Source of the DNA: an uncultured virus (IMG/VR IMGVR_UViG_3300017917_004074)
Lineage: Duplodnaviria; Heunggongvirae; Uroviricota; Caudoviricetes
Reading direction: 5' to 3' (one strand)
Virus record (IMG/VR): IMGVR_UViG_3300017917_004074
Length of the DNA stretch: 64,000 bases
Shown here: positions 39,983 through 54,255 of the stretch, piece after piece
How positions within the stretch are numbered: position 1 is the stretch's first letter
Layout of the letters: every line of letters starts with the position of its first letter
Notes under the pieces: generated by a model
Database searches by the model: none
Told to the model about the DNA's origin: nothing
Seen by the model: the letters and a program-made list of their open reading frames with translations, nothing else
Translations under genes and position numbers: made by a program

Positions 39983-42632
39983 TTAACCTAACTGAAGTAG
40001 TTTTTGGGTGTTGATATCTGGTGATTTAGTCTTCATCTTAATTATAACATTATTAACAGATCCGCTAGAAAAATAGTTTGGAAAATTGTTTCTAACTATT
40101 AGTCTAAATCTAATATAATTATTCATATAGTTGTAAATCACATTGAATGGTTGATTAATTGATTTATTGAATATAAGGTTTTTTCCATTTTGAAAAAACA
40201 AAACTTCTGATGTATTGTAAAAATTAGTTTTTTCAAAACTTCCCTTTAAGTAATTTGTTAAATTAATTGCATAAGTCCCATCAGCAAATTTTACAAGTAC
40301 GGGACTATATCCTGAGTACTCAGATAGTGGGAGTGTCCCATATGTTAAACTGTAAGTTCCATTTTTTAATTTGCTGTGATCAATAAACGGATCATTCTTT
40401 ATCGTGACCATATTTTCTGGTCCTGTTCCTGAAAAGAATTCCCCCTCCCTACCCTGTTCTCCAGAACCAAGAACTTTTATCGCATTGGATAAAACAGAGA
40501 TGTCTATATAATCTTGAGAAAAATTATTTTTATCCAACGAATAGCTTGCTAAATATGTTGAGCTTTTATTAAAATTTTTAATTGTTATGGACTTATCAAA
40601 TTTATTTAAAGAAAATGCACTTGACTCAAGTAGTTTTTGATTTTCGTATATTTTAATTGAGGTACTTTCCGGGAAAAAACGCAGTTTGGCTGTTGAGCTA
40701 AGCGGATCCACAAAGAGCATTTCTGAAGATATATCATCCAAACCATACGATGCTATGGGTATCCAATCTGCCTCTGCGCTAGGGGCTTCCTTGAATGAAA
40801 TAGACAACTCGTAAGAGTTGGCGTCCTTTATGTCAAATTCTGGAACATTATAATTTGATAGCTGTGAATCTACATTTACTTTTGCCTTAATGCCATAAAC
40901 ATCTCCAGGAATTAATATCTTTTTACTTATATAACATGCTTTAGAAGTTGATATTTGATTACTTGCGTTATGTATACCAGCTGATTTTCCAACTTGAATT
41001 CCCTTAACCCCAAAAGAGTATTCGTAATTATTCAAAGAAGTATCGTTTCCGTTGTTAATCGGGGTCCTTCCAAACTGAGAACCAGAAATTATATAATCAG
41101 TCGAGTTGCCAAAATGCATATCGCCAAGATTAGTTGAATTCATCGAAATACTCGATGGAGCACTTGAAATTTCCGATAAACGATTTTGAGTATAGGCAGT
41201 TCGTGTATCTTTAAATAAAGAATTTTTAAATATATTCATTCTTGGACCAAGAGCTTGGGAAACAATACCTTCTACCAACATTGTTAAAGGACTATTTCTA
41301 AATTCAAAATCTTCGTCATCTACAGAAACTTGATTATTTTTTTCTGTAGTGAGATTACCTCTAGATATGGCCGAGTTTCCGTTCTGCTCAATCGGAAACT
41401 TGCAGGAATAGTATTCAGATAAGGAGTAATTGTTTCTCTTAAATTCATCAATAGAACTATCCCTTCTGAAATATTCAATCACTATATCCTGAAGAACACT
41501 ATAAGTATTTTTTCTATTTTGTTTTGAACGTTTAATATAAGAAGAAATAGACCTAGATATAACTTCATCTGTAAGCGGAGAATTGTTAGATTTTGTATAT
41601 GTTCCCTGATTAAAAATTAATATTATTCTTTTTACTTTGTCTAAAGGTATATTTATATCTACAGTTGAATTAATCATGATAGGAGATTTTAGTAGTTTTT
41701 TAACTGCGTAACCTGAAACAGGGTTGTTTGAATTAAGAGAATATATTTTTTCGGCTGTCCCCGCTGATTCAACGGCGACTTGCAGTAATTGTAAACCATT
41801 ACTTTCTGATGGGAATAATCTTAAAAAGTCCATTTCAGTTTCTTGGACAAGAGATACATCAAGAAGGGTTTTTGCGCCGCACTATGTACGAGTAATCATA
41901 ATCGATATATTTAGATATTTCATCCATAGAAGAAGTAATTACCACGGGAGATTTAATGGAAACAGACCAAACATCAGAATCATCTTCATTAAAAAGACTC
42001 TTTGGATCTGAGGAAGATGAAACATACTGCTTATAATTTGAAGAAATTTTTATGTCTTTAATGTTATCATTAATATTTATTAAATTTATTCCAGAACCTA
42101 TTTTGAATGTAGAAGAAACTGGATCTACATAACCGTTTCCGTTTGCACTGAAGGATGGCCCACCCCTATCGATATACGTTGCTTTTTGCGATTCATATTC
42201 ATTAGAATTTAGGTTATTATCAAAATTTTCAATATATGAGAAATTATATAAATCATCTTTACCAGATATAAATTGATAATTATCAATATAATTTTCGTAG
42301 TAGGCGATGGCTTTTTCTGTCTTTGCTATTTGCGAAAGCATTATTTCTGTCATTGAGTTTATAACTATATTTATAGAATTTGTTGCGTCAAAGTATCTGG
42401 AGAATCTGATTTCCAAATCTCTAAAAAAGTCTACAAAAAATTCAGACTTTATCAACTCTCTTGATATTGAAAGACTAGGAACGTACGTAGGACCAGCAGA
42501 AAATGTGGACAGGTTTCTGACTAATTCTGCTACCTGCGCTTTATCTACTCTCATACTTCTAATCAAAGAACCAACAGTTCTCTGAGAATTTTCAGAAAAA
42601 GTTTTTATTGTATCTGGTAAAACATTTAACAT
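39983..42632 (-). CDS. Putative structural protein (about 882 aa); needs +1 skip at CGG 41877-41879
   Basis: ...YSYIV-(C)-GAKTLLDVSLVQETEMDFLRLFP. Confidence 0.7.
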
Positions 42633-42633
42633 T

Positions 42634-45600
42634 TTATACTACACCCCAATCATTACCTTCCATGTCTTGTATTTTAAATACAACACCAGCTGTAATATTT
42701 TTCCTTATTATAGAATACACTTCTTCTTTATTAATAAAATTATCAAGAACCGTCTTTGGCATTTTGATGATTATAAACCCACCATTTGGATAAGCTTGTT
42801 GTTCTGGGGGGTAAACGTCCCAGAAAGAAATTGCTTCTTTTGTCTGCTTAAATACTTTTTCTATATCTAAAGCCCCATAAGACTCAATATTGTTTGATTT
42901 ATCAAATGTTGACTTGATTCCTCCACCTTTAACCCTTAGATCAACAATGTCTATTCCTGATGCCGGTCTGTTTTTTAATACATGAATAAGACCTATTTGT
43001 ACTGCAGTGATGTCAAACGAGGAGGACTCATACTGATTAAATATTGAGTTGTCATATGTAAAATGGACAACGCCATTAAAACTATAATCCGAAACGTGAT
43101 CCCACGTGTAGGTTTGTGGGCTAGTGTAGTTTTTTACTTCAACCTTAGAGGGTTTAATGTAGATATACAAAGGCTTTTCTGGTTCAACCTCTTCTTGGTT
43201 CAGAAATGGATTTATTGGTACAGGGGAACCATTAACGTGTTTTATAGGAATTCCACTTGCTTTTACAGCATACGATACTCTGACCAAATCTGGATCTTGT
43301 GGTAGATCCTTTATAACATCAATAATCCCGGTGCTGCAATTAACATTTCTTATATAGTTAAAATCTAGTTGATCCCATTCATCGTCTATTGAATTTCTCG
43401 TTTCTATAAAAAGATACTGTTTTAAAACTCCAAGTGCATTTTCTGATGGCTCTACAAAAGAGGCTATGGGAACCTGTGAAAGTTGTATTTTTCTAGAAGA
43501 AAGAAAAACCGGATACTCGTTAAGAACATCAACGTACGGCTGACCAAGTATCTGTGACCATAGTACGTCTTGCATGTCAAGAGTTGAGTAAGTGGCCCTT
43601 ATTGTCTTGCCACTATACTTCTGAAGCCATCCTGTCCATCCATAATTTGGATCTACATATATTTCTCTAACAAATGAACCAGATGTTATATACAGCGGCC
43701 AGGCATCTAGTTTAGAAAGATTTGGCGGGATAGAAGAAAGAGAAATTCTTGAAGAAGGAATGTACGTTGCATGATAAACCGGACAAGCTATTTTAACCGG
43801 TGCAGATGGAGGTGAAATTGTTCCGAATGTTTTTGAACCAATAAAATCAGATCCACCGATATTTCCATCCGCATCAAGGGCGAGTACGGCAATATAAACA
43901 TTATCGGCGCCCCTATTAATTAAATCATTATAATAAAGTGTCGTTCCTATGAATTCTTTTCTTAAACGATCATAGAAACCGTACAAAAATCCTCCATTAT
44001 TTGGAGCCTCATTTTGAAGAATAAACGCACCGTAATCTACGTTAAGCTCTGAATTAGCTGAATTACTGCTTATGAAGTTTTGTAGCTGTATGCCGTAAGG
44101 TTTACCAATTTTTTCTGGATCATTACTCGGCTGACACAAGAGTAGCAGACCATCTAAAACACTGACTGAATTTTTAGCTTTTTGTATTAAAGAACCGTCT
44201 TGTTTTAAGAGCCAATAGTTTTCTATGTTAAGATCACTACTTTTTATTATATTTGAATTTTGATAATTTAAAGATGAGGTTTGGAAAAACAATTTTTTAT
44301 CTAATATTGTGGCTGATACAGAAGATTGATTAACCGGATTTTTTGTTCCAGACAAAACATTTGAAACGTTAAGTGAACTTACATTTATCGATATCGACTT
44401 GCTGGATGTTAAATCTATTTTGATTGATTCATCTTTGTAGTTGGGAGTTGCCCCCGCTGAAGATTGAGTATAGGGGGAAAAAGGTGGTTTGTATTCTTTG
44501 GAACTAAAATCGATTTTAGTCGTTGTTAAATCAATTGTAGAACTACCAGTAAAGGTGGGGTAAGTTATAGATAATGGCTCAGTTGTAAATTTTACTGATT
44601 TTAATCCACTTAGATCTATTACTTCTGCTTTATTGGGAGATACGTTTTCTACTTTTCCAGAAATCTTATACTTTATGGTTACCGGTTTCGTTGTTGTTAC
44701 TAGGTTGTAACCTGTTTTTTCTTCGCTATAAACAGGGACGCTTCCAGGACCCTGTATCATTGCTTCGTAGCTTATATTAAAAACTATATGCCTAATCGCA
44801 TATCCTTCTGCGTAAGGGCCAAAAGATCCACCCAACTTTCCACCCTTTATCTTTATTGAGATTACGCCGCATTCTTCCAATGGCTTATCTATAGATATTA
44901 CTCGACCATTTGTTGAAATCGGAAGTGTAGATCCAAAGGTTTGCGACTTTGAATAATTTGCTGTTTGTGTATCCAAATCAAACGCGTAACCTTTAACTTC
45001 TTCTATACTAATACCCTTATAAGACGGAGCAGCTTGAAATGACCCCGGAAGAATTCCGATGCTTTTTATGCGAACATTTCTCATATTATTTTTATTTCTA
45101 TACTTAGGCGGAACAGCAATATATATGACGTCAGAAACTTCAAGTGCTCCTTCTGTCCCAGTATAAGAGATTTTTTGGAAATCTAAATCTGTATTTTTAA
45201 GTTCCCATATCTCGGCAACAGTGGCAGCATTTCTTATGAATACCGCGGCGTCGGAATTATTGCCACTAGATACTCTATTGTAGACTTCTTGGTATCTCGC
45301 ATTGTCTGTTTGAAACATTTTTTTCCAAACCTCTCTTGTAAAAAGAGACTTGGTTTCAGTATCTACAATTCCATCCTTAATACGAGCTTTATAAACTTGT
45401 TGGAATTTTGTTACAGCGGCTGCTGTTTGGGTATCATATACTCTATTTAATGGACAATCGAGTAGCGATGAATTGGATATTTTTGCTTCTCTAAGAGTAA
45501 TTTGTATGAACGCAATATATGCGGGGAGCATGCCGGTTTGACCGACTTTGTAATTCTTATAGGTATTTCCATGTGTAACATCTCTTGTAAATAGATAGTT

Positions 45601-48346
45601 GTTTCTGGAAGCAATTGAATTCGTTGCCCTATATTGGCCATTTAGTCTATCATCAGCTACCGCATAGGCTTCCGTTTGTGCGGGATCCGCTTCTTCAGAG
45701 GCCGTTAGTGTTTCAGACCATACTGGATCCGTAGCTTCAGTTCCAGTTTGTTTGCGGTCTATTTTATAGAATTCTTGTCTACTTAGAGTAGCTTCGTATG
45801 TTGCTTCTATTTCCGTTGACCATTGTGCGCTAAATGTCGTTGGTGATTCAGAAGATTGAACGTATGAATTAAATATTGTAAATTTAAAAGGATAAGATTG
45901 ATATATGTTACGAGAAGATATTTTTGAATTCAAATTGTCTTGTAATGAATTAGAACTCTTATATACCCTATCTCTTAATACATACGCACCAAAACCACCA
46001 GGAATTTTGAACTCCGCCGACGGTGCATTTGTGTAGGCGTAAAGAGGTGCTTCCAGAGCTGTTGGATCAACCTTAAATAGAGTATAAGATGTTGGTATTT
46101 CTGAAACATTTTGAGACAAAGTACTGTCTTGTGTTACTTGAACTGAGTTTGATATTTTTACATCAGGATTTGTAATTTCAATATAAAACTCCATATTCGA
46201 AACATCAATTTCTTGAAGGGCTATAGAATATTGATCAGCCAAAAAATCATAAACAGATTTTTTATAAAAATCTAGAATAGATAAATTTGAAGTTGTAATA
46301 TTTTTAGCGTAATTTAATTTACCATCTAAATCTTTTATCAAGCTGTAGGTTTGTTTTTTTTCTTCATCTAAAAGAACATTTTGATTGATAACATAACTGT
46401 TGTACCAGTCGGAAACATGATAGTAGCAAGATGCTCGAACATCTTTTACTTTAGACGCAAATATTCTAGATGTCAAGGAGACTGAAACAGCATTGTAGAG
46501 AATCTTAAAAGGTCCGTTCAATAGCCGAAGTTGCAGTAAATGGCACTTCCACTACCGAAGAAACACCACCGTTTGCTGTGGCAATATCGAATATCGCAGA
46601 TGATTGGTATATATCATTGCAATACTTTAGTATTGGCGTAGTGCTGGCCAGTATATTACCCTTGACCAAAGCATCAGTTGTATTGGTATAACCCATTCCA
46701 ACAAAGAGCGGTTTACCTCTAGAATTTTTTAAAACAACATTTGATTCTGAATATGAACCAGTAAATTCTTTTACCAATTTATGATTAGATATACCCAAGT
46801 TTAATGATCCAACATTGCTTCTCCCAAATATTGAATAAACATCATAATTAGTTCCATCAATGTTAACATTTTCAAAAATAGAATGACTTATAGGCCAGGC
46901 GCCGTTTTTTGTTTCATCAAGAAAGAAGTTAGCATTATTGTAAGTCCATGTGTTTAACGGATATAAATCTGTTGATGTTGTTAAAGATGGTTCAATGTTT
47001 TCTGCTCCGCCAGCCTGAGAAAGATCTAATACAATTGTTCCTTGGGTATTTTCTACAAAATACTTTATTTTTTCTCCCTGCTCTTTTGTTATATTAACAC
47101 TTGGCGACCAAGCCAAAATATCATATTGAGCTAATTGTGAACTAGTTAAATCATCAATTGATACCAGCCAATAGTTTGCAGCAGTTTTTAATCCATTACC
47201 AAATGGATTTACATAAGAATATTTTGATAAATTAAATGGAGATTGTTCTAACCTATAAAAAACATAAGGATTTGCGGAAGAGTAATCTAAAGAAGTATCC
47301 ATAGACGCTTTTTGGGCAGAGGTGCAAAGAACTGCACAGTTTATTATTTTCTGCTTGATGTTCTCTTCGGAGTCAATTTCTTGTTCTGCGTTCAAGGAAG
47401 ACACGTCAACTTTTTTAAGAACTTTTGTTATTAATCTCCAATTAAAAGTTTCATAAGTCCTGTTGTCAGCAATGGCTTTTCTTGGTACCACTATCTCTAA
47501 TCCAGTAGCTGATGAACTATTGTTTATAATATTATTTTTAAAACTAACTGATTTTTTAGAAAATATTTTTTTATTTCTCATAGAGTTGTCCGAAGCAAAA
47601 GACTCTTCCAAAACTCTATTAAACACTTCAATCGAATTAATGTTTTCTTTATACTGTGGAACAACAGAAGATACCGATTCATTTGATGTCAAAGAAACTT
47701 TGTCGTATACAAGTTGTAAGTTTTTGGGACTTGGCTCAGAAAAAAGAACAACAACTTTGTACGGACGATTTGATCTTTCTGAATAAACACTATTGTCAAC
47801 CTGATCTAAAAGTATTCGATACTTTTTAATACCACTCTGCCTATCTACGTATTCCTGGTTATTTTCATCAATTACTTTTATAGACTTTGGTATTTTATCT
47901 TCTTCTATAAATGAATTTAAATTATTTATCAAAAAGGAATCTGTTGGCAGCATTGTGTAGTATTTAGAAATATAATAGGAGTGGGCAAACATCTTGTTTT
48001 TTACTGACGAACCAGTGTATTGTTGGTCGAATGTTGCTTCATTTAAGAATATATCTGAAATACTAACATCATCAGAATCGAATACTGTATTACCAGATTC
48101 GTCTTCAAGAACACCAAGCTCATTTGCAAAAACTACTTTTGATTTGGCGTCTCTTATATCTCCGCTAACCTCCGTGCTGTAAGCATTTTCTGGAGTAAAG
48201 CTAGACAAATCTGTTATCGAAAGATTGTTTGCTGGACTGACAGGCCTAGAGGAAAACCAGGCAATTCCTGCAGACTGATCATCAATTGGAAGCTTATTCG
48301 CCTTGACAAAGACCGCATTAGTGTCGGAGTTGAATGGTTTAACCAT
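42634..48346 (-). CDS. Large structural protein (about 1903 aa) with an internal peptidoglycan-binding-like motif; needs +1 skip at CGG 46514-46516
   Basis: ...TSAIE-(C)-GPFKILYN; YDTQTAAAVTKFQ...DGIVDTET; C-terminal DLRVKGGG. Confidence 0.7.
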
Positions 48347-48351
48347 TGACT

Positions 48352-51300
48352 TTAGTTATCCTTTTTTAAATTATTATAATTAGATATATAATATGGTGTG
48401 GAGCCCAAGAATCCCGCCTGATATTGCTCATATCTAGATATTGGAAGCCATTTAGGCGGATTCCACCTAGGTGTTGCACCAGTAGGCTGCACTAGCTGAT
48501 CATTATAGTAACTAGTTATAAAGCTTGGAGTTGAGTATATTTCTAATGATTCTTCATTATTAAAATTAATTACGTCTACCATCTTAATGTCTTTATTGTA
48601 GTTAAGATCAATATTATCATAAGACTCATACCAATACGCAATATCGCCAGCAACAGGCGTTGCGCTGGCGTCATACGCAGATTTAAATTCAGACTCAACA
48701 GCCATATACCAATAGCCCGGTGTTGCTCTATTTTGGGCTACAATAGGTCCAATTGTGAATCTTCCATTTGAATCTGTTATTACAGACCCAGAATATCCAT
48801 TAAATAGCGAAGAGTTTGAGTATTCCTCGAGTATTAAAGCAGCGTATGGAGTTCTTCCTTTTCTCCAATAGATTACGGTATCTTTTGCCGGAGCATTGTT
48901 TTTGGATGCTATTCCGTCAACAAATATAGAAGATACGCCGTCCGCCTTAACTATCGATGGATTTGCAGCGATAGCTATTGAGTATTCTTGTTTATAGTTT
49001 GAATGAATTTTGTATTGATATTTTTTGCTAAAAGAACTATTTTCAGGACCGACTCCAGTAACTTGTATACTATCTACCAATGTTCCAGATACTGGCGTAG
49101 ATGAACTTGCGTATACAGCTCTTGCAATCCCATATCCTTCGTTATTCGTTTTTATAGTTTGAGGAGTAATTAAAAGATATTGACTAGATAAATTAAACTC
49201 TTGTGATGGTTTTGGATTACCATTGACATCTAGCGAAATTATTGATATTACAATATAATCTTTTCCATCATCTATTATATTTTGTGGAGACAATCTTACT
49301 TCTGCGTTGTTGAATGGATAATCTCCGTTTGTAACAACAACATACCCACTATCTAGTAGTGATGATGTTTCGCCAAACTGTACCGGTATTGGAGTCGAAT
49401 GCTCATAGCTAGAAGACTCATAAACAACTTCGTAATCAAGCGACTCACTGGGCGTAGAATCAAAAACTATTCTTGAATAGTAGGATGATCCTGATAATAT
49501 ATTCTCAATATAATACGAGTTTTTTACCCTATATATAATTTCATATTCTCTGTCCTGAACAAATATAGGAGTCGAAGATCCCGATGAAAGAACATTTGTG
49601 ATTGTTTGAAGATCTGTTGCTACAGTTTCTCCAGTAAATTTGTCAACAATGCTAGCGTCGTAAATGTTTTGATATGATAAATAAAAATTATTATCATATG
49701 ATGGATAAAGTATTTCCTTATTATAAAAACCCATCTCTCTCGGTGTTGCCAAATCTTCAAAAGCGGTTTCGACATAATCCGCATAAGGCGTAGCTACGCC
49801 GACCCCTTTTGCGGTTACGTATATTGGAGCACCTTGTTGCGGAACTGAGTCCAAAATAATTTCTTTCAATACTCCACTGAATGTCTGCTTTTTGGGTTTA
49901 GCAAAAACATAATACTCTTGTTTATCTAAGCTCATCCAACCAGTATTAATTCTTGCCTCCAGCTTTGCGTCGTATAGTCTCCCCTTTGCCACAAAATTGG
50001 TAAATACTGTTGTGTTTTTTTCTAGATTATATTCTTCTACAATTGAATTTCCTGGATAGGTTATTTTTTTTATGGTGTACAGAGAATCACTTAAAGCAGA
50101 TTGAATGTTGTCTGATTTCAAAACATAACTTCCATTCAAGAATGGATTGACAATTTTTTGCTCTGACCAAATTAGAACATCCACATCTTGTGGATCTAGG
50201 ATTGATATACTTTCAAAGAAATAGTCAAACTTTGCCGAACCAGATATTCCAAAAGTTTCTCTAGTTATTTCTGGAACAATCAATGAATCAGAATTTTTAC
50301 TAGGAATAAACTCACCGTTAGCGCTGTTGTAGCCGACAAAACCATACTCATCAATGTATCCATACATCGGTGTTGAAGACGCACTGAACGGTTCCCAGGC
50401 AATAGAAGTCCTTGGGTAATTGATCCCATCTTTAAGATTTATTAAAATTGAATTCGGTGTTGCTGAGTATTTATAGGATATGCTTGAAAAATACTGATTT
50501 GCTGTGGCATTTCCTCCATCAACAACTACTTGTATATTTGGTGAAGACGGTACAAAAACTTTTGAATCCAATAACGGGTCAAAAGTTACTCCACCATATC
50601 CAGATAACGGAGAAGAGTCAGTTACATAACCAACTACGGCCGAATCTGATGGTTTTATGTTTTCAATATAAAAATAATTTGGCGTTGCTCCAATCGGATG
50701 AACTATGTTGTTCATTATCCTATTCTTATCTATAGCGTAAGAACTAGCAGGAGTTGCAGAAAGCGGATTGACCCTAATCTCAGCTGTCTGTTTTGCAGTT
50801 TTTTTAAGATTTTCTACCTGTGTCCAAAGTTTAGAGGCAATCTGCATTTTTGTTGATTGGTTAAAAGAGGGAGTTGCAGAAAGATAAGGGGTAGATCCAC
50901 CATATTCTAAAGTGTTGTTTGTGTTATTCGAAAATCTTATCACAAAGCTATCTGAAGAAGGTGGGGTTGCGTATGAACTTCCATCCCATAATCCCAATGT
51001 AACAAGAATATTTTGTATTCTGTTTATATCTATTTTGTTAATCACAGTATTATTGACTGTATTCTGATATCTATTAAGGGTTGATTTTCCGTTAATAATT
51101 AAATTACTAGAAGTAAATCCTTCTGTATCAAATATGTCGTATGATTGCCATTCGTATACTGAGCTTCCGTTGCGGACCATTACTGTTTTTAGGATAAACT
51201 GTTACTGGCGCATAAAAAATAGATGGAGTTGAATATAGACCATGGGGCGTAGCATGGAACTCAATTGTAAAGTTTACGGTTGCTGCTGGATTGTTATATT

Positions 51301-53043
51301 CTTTGATATAATAATCTGAATAGTATTCATAATTTATATCGACTGGATAATATTCTGGGGTAGATCCAACCTTCTTTTTGCCTTTAGCTATGAGATAGGT
51401 TTCGTATCTTAATGGTGTTGCGTCTGTTTCCCTAATCGAGAAAAGAAGATCATTTTGATCACCAACTCCAGGTTGATAGTACGGTATGTTTACTGTTGAG
51501 TCGTGATATCTCGCTGATATTCTAGAAACCCCATTGTTATTTAGACCAGCATAATCCCAAATTGCATTATCAAACTCTAGATATCCCCAATTGTTTGGAT
51601 ATTTAATATTTAATTCTTCTACTAAATTCCTAAAATAGTCTGTTGGATTTTTGTCTGGAGTAAAGTAGGGGGTAGAATTAGTTATGTCTGACATTTCAAG
51701 TATCTCAGGCGTAGCCCCTAAATAACTTGAACTTGGCTCAGCGCCAAAAGCTTTCCATAAATTGAGTTCTCTTCTAAGTGTTTTTTTGAAAGATTCTATA
51801 TCTATACCAATTGGATTTTTAAACGTGTCTATTATTCTTTCTTTAAATGACACGTTTTCTTCTAGATATAATCTTGTTAAACCAACCCTAAGACCAAATT
51901 CATCAAACCAATTAAACTTTTGTACTGGAAGTTGGTCGAGTATTGTTGAACTAGAGTTTACATTTTCGGCTTTTAGTACAGAAAACTTTTTGAGAGTTAG
52001 TACTTCTCTGTTAATTGGATTATGATAAAAGATATAATCGGAAGCCTTAGACTTCAAAAAATCTACTAAATTATCCGCTCTTGCTAGCTCAATACCGTTG
52101 CCAGTAATCTTGTGAAATGTATTATTAACATTTGTTGATGAATATATCCAGGCAATTTGATTCTCGTCGGCTCTATTAATAAAAGAATTTATATTTAAAG
52201 AATCTAATTCTCTATCAAAATTATCTAAAGCTTCTCCAACAATTGCGTTAACAAATTTACCCGCTGTTGTTTGCGGGATATAAAGATCAGGAGTTGCTTG
52301 ATCCACCGCATCTTTATTTAAAAGCATCCAAGACGGAAACTTTTTCAAAATATTTTTTGTTGATCTAGCGAGTATTGGATTAGTCGGATCTGCAATTGCA
52401 ATTTCAACAAGAAGAATAAAACTTAGAACACTTAAATTGGAAAGTTCTGTATCTATTTCTACTTCAAACTTTGCGTATCTTTTGCTATTTTTAACTAGCA
52501 GAATTGAAGCTAATGCTTGAGAGGTTGAAGTGCTAGATAGAAGCCATGGTCCGATTTAATGAGTCTGACTCATACACGTTAACATTAAAAGATATGTCTT
52601 CTATACTATTTAAAGAAGAAGAAAAAGCCCCTTTAAAAGTTCGAATATCTACTCTTGAAGAAGTATCTATAAACCTATAAAAATAATCTTCACTTGAAGA
52701 AGAAGATATTATCGGAGTTGACGCCTCGTCATAGTCGATAATGTAGTTTCCATCTTCATCCGCTACAGCATCAAAGATATAATAAGTCTGTGATTCTGGC
52801 TCTAGATATATTTCTCCGCATATCTGTTACCGAAGTAGAGCCAGATATAGTCGGTGTAGCATTGGCTATATTTTTTGTTCCAGTGAACGTGTAATCACCT
52901 AAAGAATTGATTCCAGTAGGAAATCTTGTATAGGAATAATTTTTATAGTACTTATTTGCGTAAAGGTCAATAGCCTCAGTACTCCATGTTTTTCCATTTT
53001 TGGAAAAATCAGAAGTGACAAAGCTCAACAAATAAGTTTTCAT
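48352..53043 (-). CDS. Large baseplate/tail protein (about 1562 aa) with Ig-like segments; needs three +1 skips at CGG 52816-52818, 52551-52553 and 51167-51169
   Basis: VTDM-(C)-GEIYLE...SDSLN-(C)-GPWLLS...NILKKFPSWM...NGPQ-(C)-GSSVYEW; all intervening frames are open. Confidence 0.75.
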
Positions 53044-53054
53044 TTTTTAAACCT

Positions 53055-54245
53055 CTATACGGAATCTAGCCATACGCTATATTCGCTTGTTATACCATTT
53101 TCTGGATGAACAAACATTAAATGCTGACAAGGTCTACTCATTGAAGAAAAGTACTCTTGGGCATATGTATTACTACTTTCTGGTGAACCGGAAACTCTAA
53201 GTATTGTACTTCCAATGGTCATTTTAAACTGCTGATGGTAGTGACCCATAAACACATCATCAAAATGCTCCGGAATTGCTCCATCTTTCCAACCCATTAT
53301 TTTCTTGTAGTACCCGTAGTATTGAGCTGGAGCGGGCAGCTGATCTCCATGTATGAGAAGACTAGAATAATTTCCTATGTTATCTACTGCGTACCAATTT
53401 CTTTCGCCTTTACCATCTGGAATATTAAAAGATATTCTATCTTCTTTAGCAAAAATTAGTTCTAATATCTTATACAAAAGTCTATCCATGTTCGTCTCTG
53501 GATCGTGAGATCTTCTCATCTTTCCACCAACAGCTCCATGGTTCCCAATAATGCCAGTAACATGAACTCTCTTAAAGTTTTCTAAAGCTGTAGTAAGAAA
53601 TTTAGAAAGTATCTTTGGACCATTTATTCCGACCTGTCTGTATAAACCGGAATCTATCAAATGACTTTGACCAGCGAATATTTCTTCACCCTCAACAATA
53701 TCACCCAACAACCACACATGAAGATCGTCTACATTGTGATGCAGTCTTTGTATTTCTGTAATCTCCAATAGTTTTTCAGTATATAGTTCTATTCTTTTTT
53801 CTAGAACTTCTGTGTTATAACTTGGTGTTATTTTACCCATTTGCCAGTCGGCAAAAACTACTACAGCTGTTTCCGGAGTGTTATGTTTTGTTGATTTAAA
53901 TGTAGGAGCTTTAATCTTCGGCAGTTCAAAGTTTGAAAAGGCATCAAATGCTGCCTGGTAAACTGAAATTACAGCTTCATCTTTTACGTTCTTATACTTT
54001 TCGGCCAACTTAGCCAGGCGTCTATTTTCTGATCTTAAAAAGATTGAACCCTCATCTGGAGAATTGATATTAAAAGTTGGATCCTCTTCTTCGTTAAACT
54101 CCTCGTAATCTTGAGAAACATCAACTTCTTCATGAAGTATTTGACCAGGAAAATCCTTATACCCCTCGGACAGCATTCGTGCATGCGTCATATTCTTTGC
54201 TTTAATAATTTGTTTTTTTGTAACTAAATAAGATTGTTCTGACAT
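53055..54245 (-). CDS. Calcineurin-like metallophosphoesterase
   Basis: FADWQMG, LLGDIVEG, IGNHG, IHGDQ, MGHYHQ. Confidence 0.85.
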   Translation of the reverse strand: MSEQSYLVTKKQIIKAKNMTHARMLSEGYKDFPGQILHEEVDVSQDYEEFNEEEDPTFNINSPDEGSIFLRSENRRLAKLAEKYKNVKDEAVISVYQAAFDAFSNFELPKIKAPTFKSTKHNTPETAVVVFADWQMGKITPSYNTEVLEKRIELYTEKLLEITEIQRLHHNVDDLHVWLLGDIVEGEEIFAGQSHLIDSGLYRQVGINGPKILSKFLTTALENFKRVHVTGIIGNHGAVGGKMRRSHDPETNMDRLLYKILELIFAKEDRISFNIPDGKGERNWYAVDNIGNYSSLLIHGDQLPAPAQYYGYYKKIMGWKDGAIPEHFDDVFMGHYHQQFKMTIGSTILRVSGSPESSNTYAQEYFSSMSRPCQHLMFVHPENGITSEYSVWLDSV

Positions 54246-54255
54246 TGATCATCCT

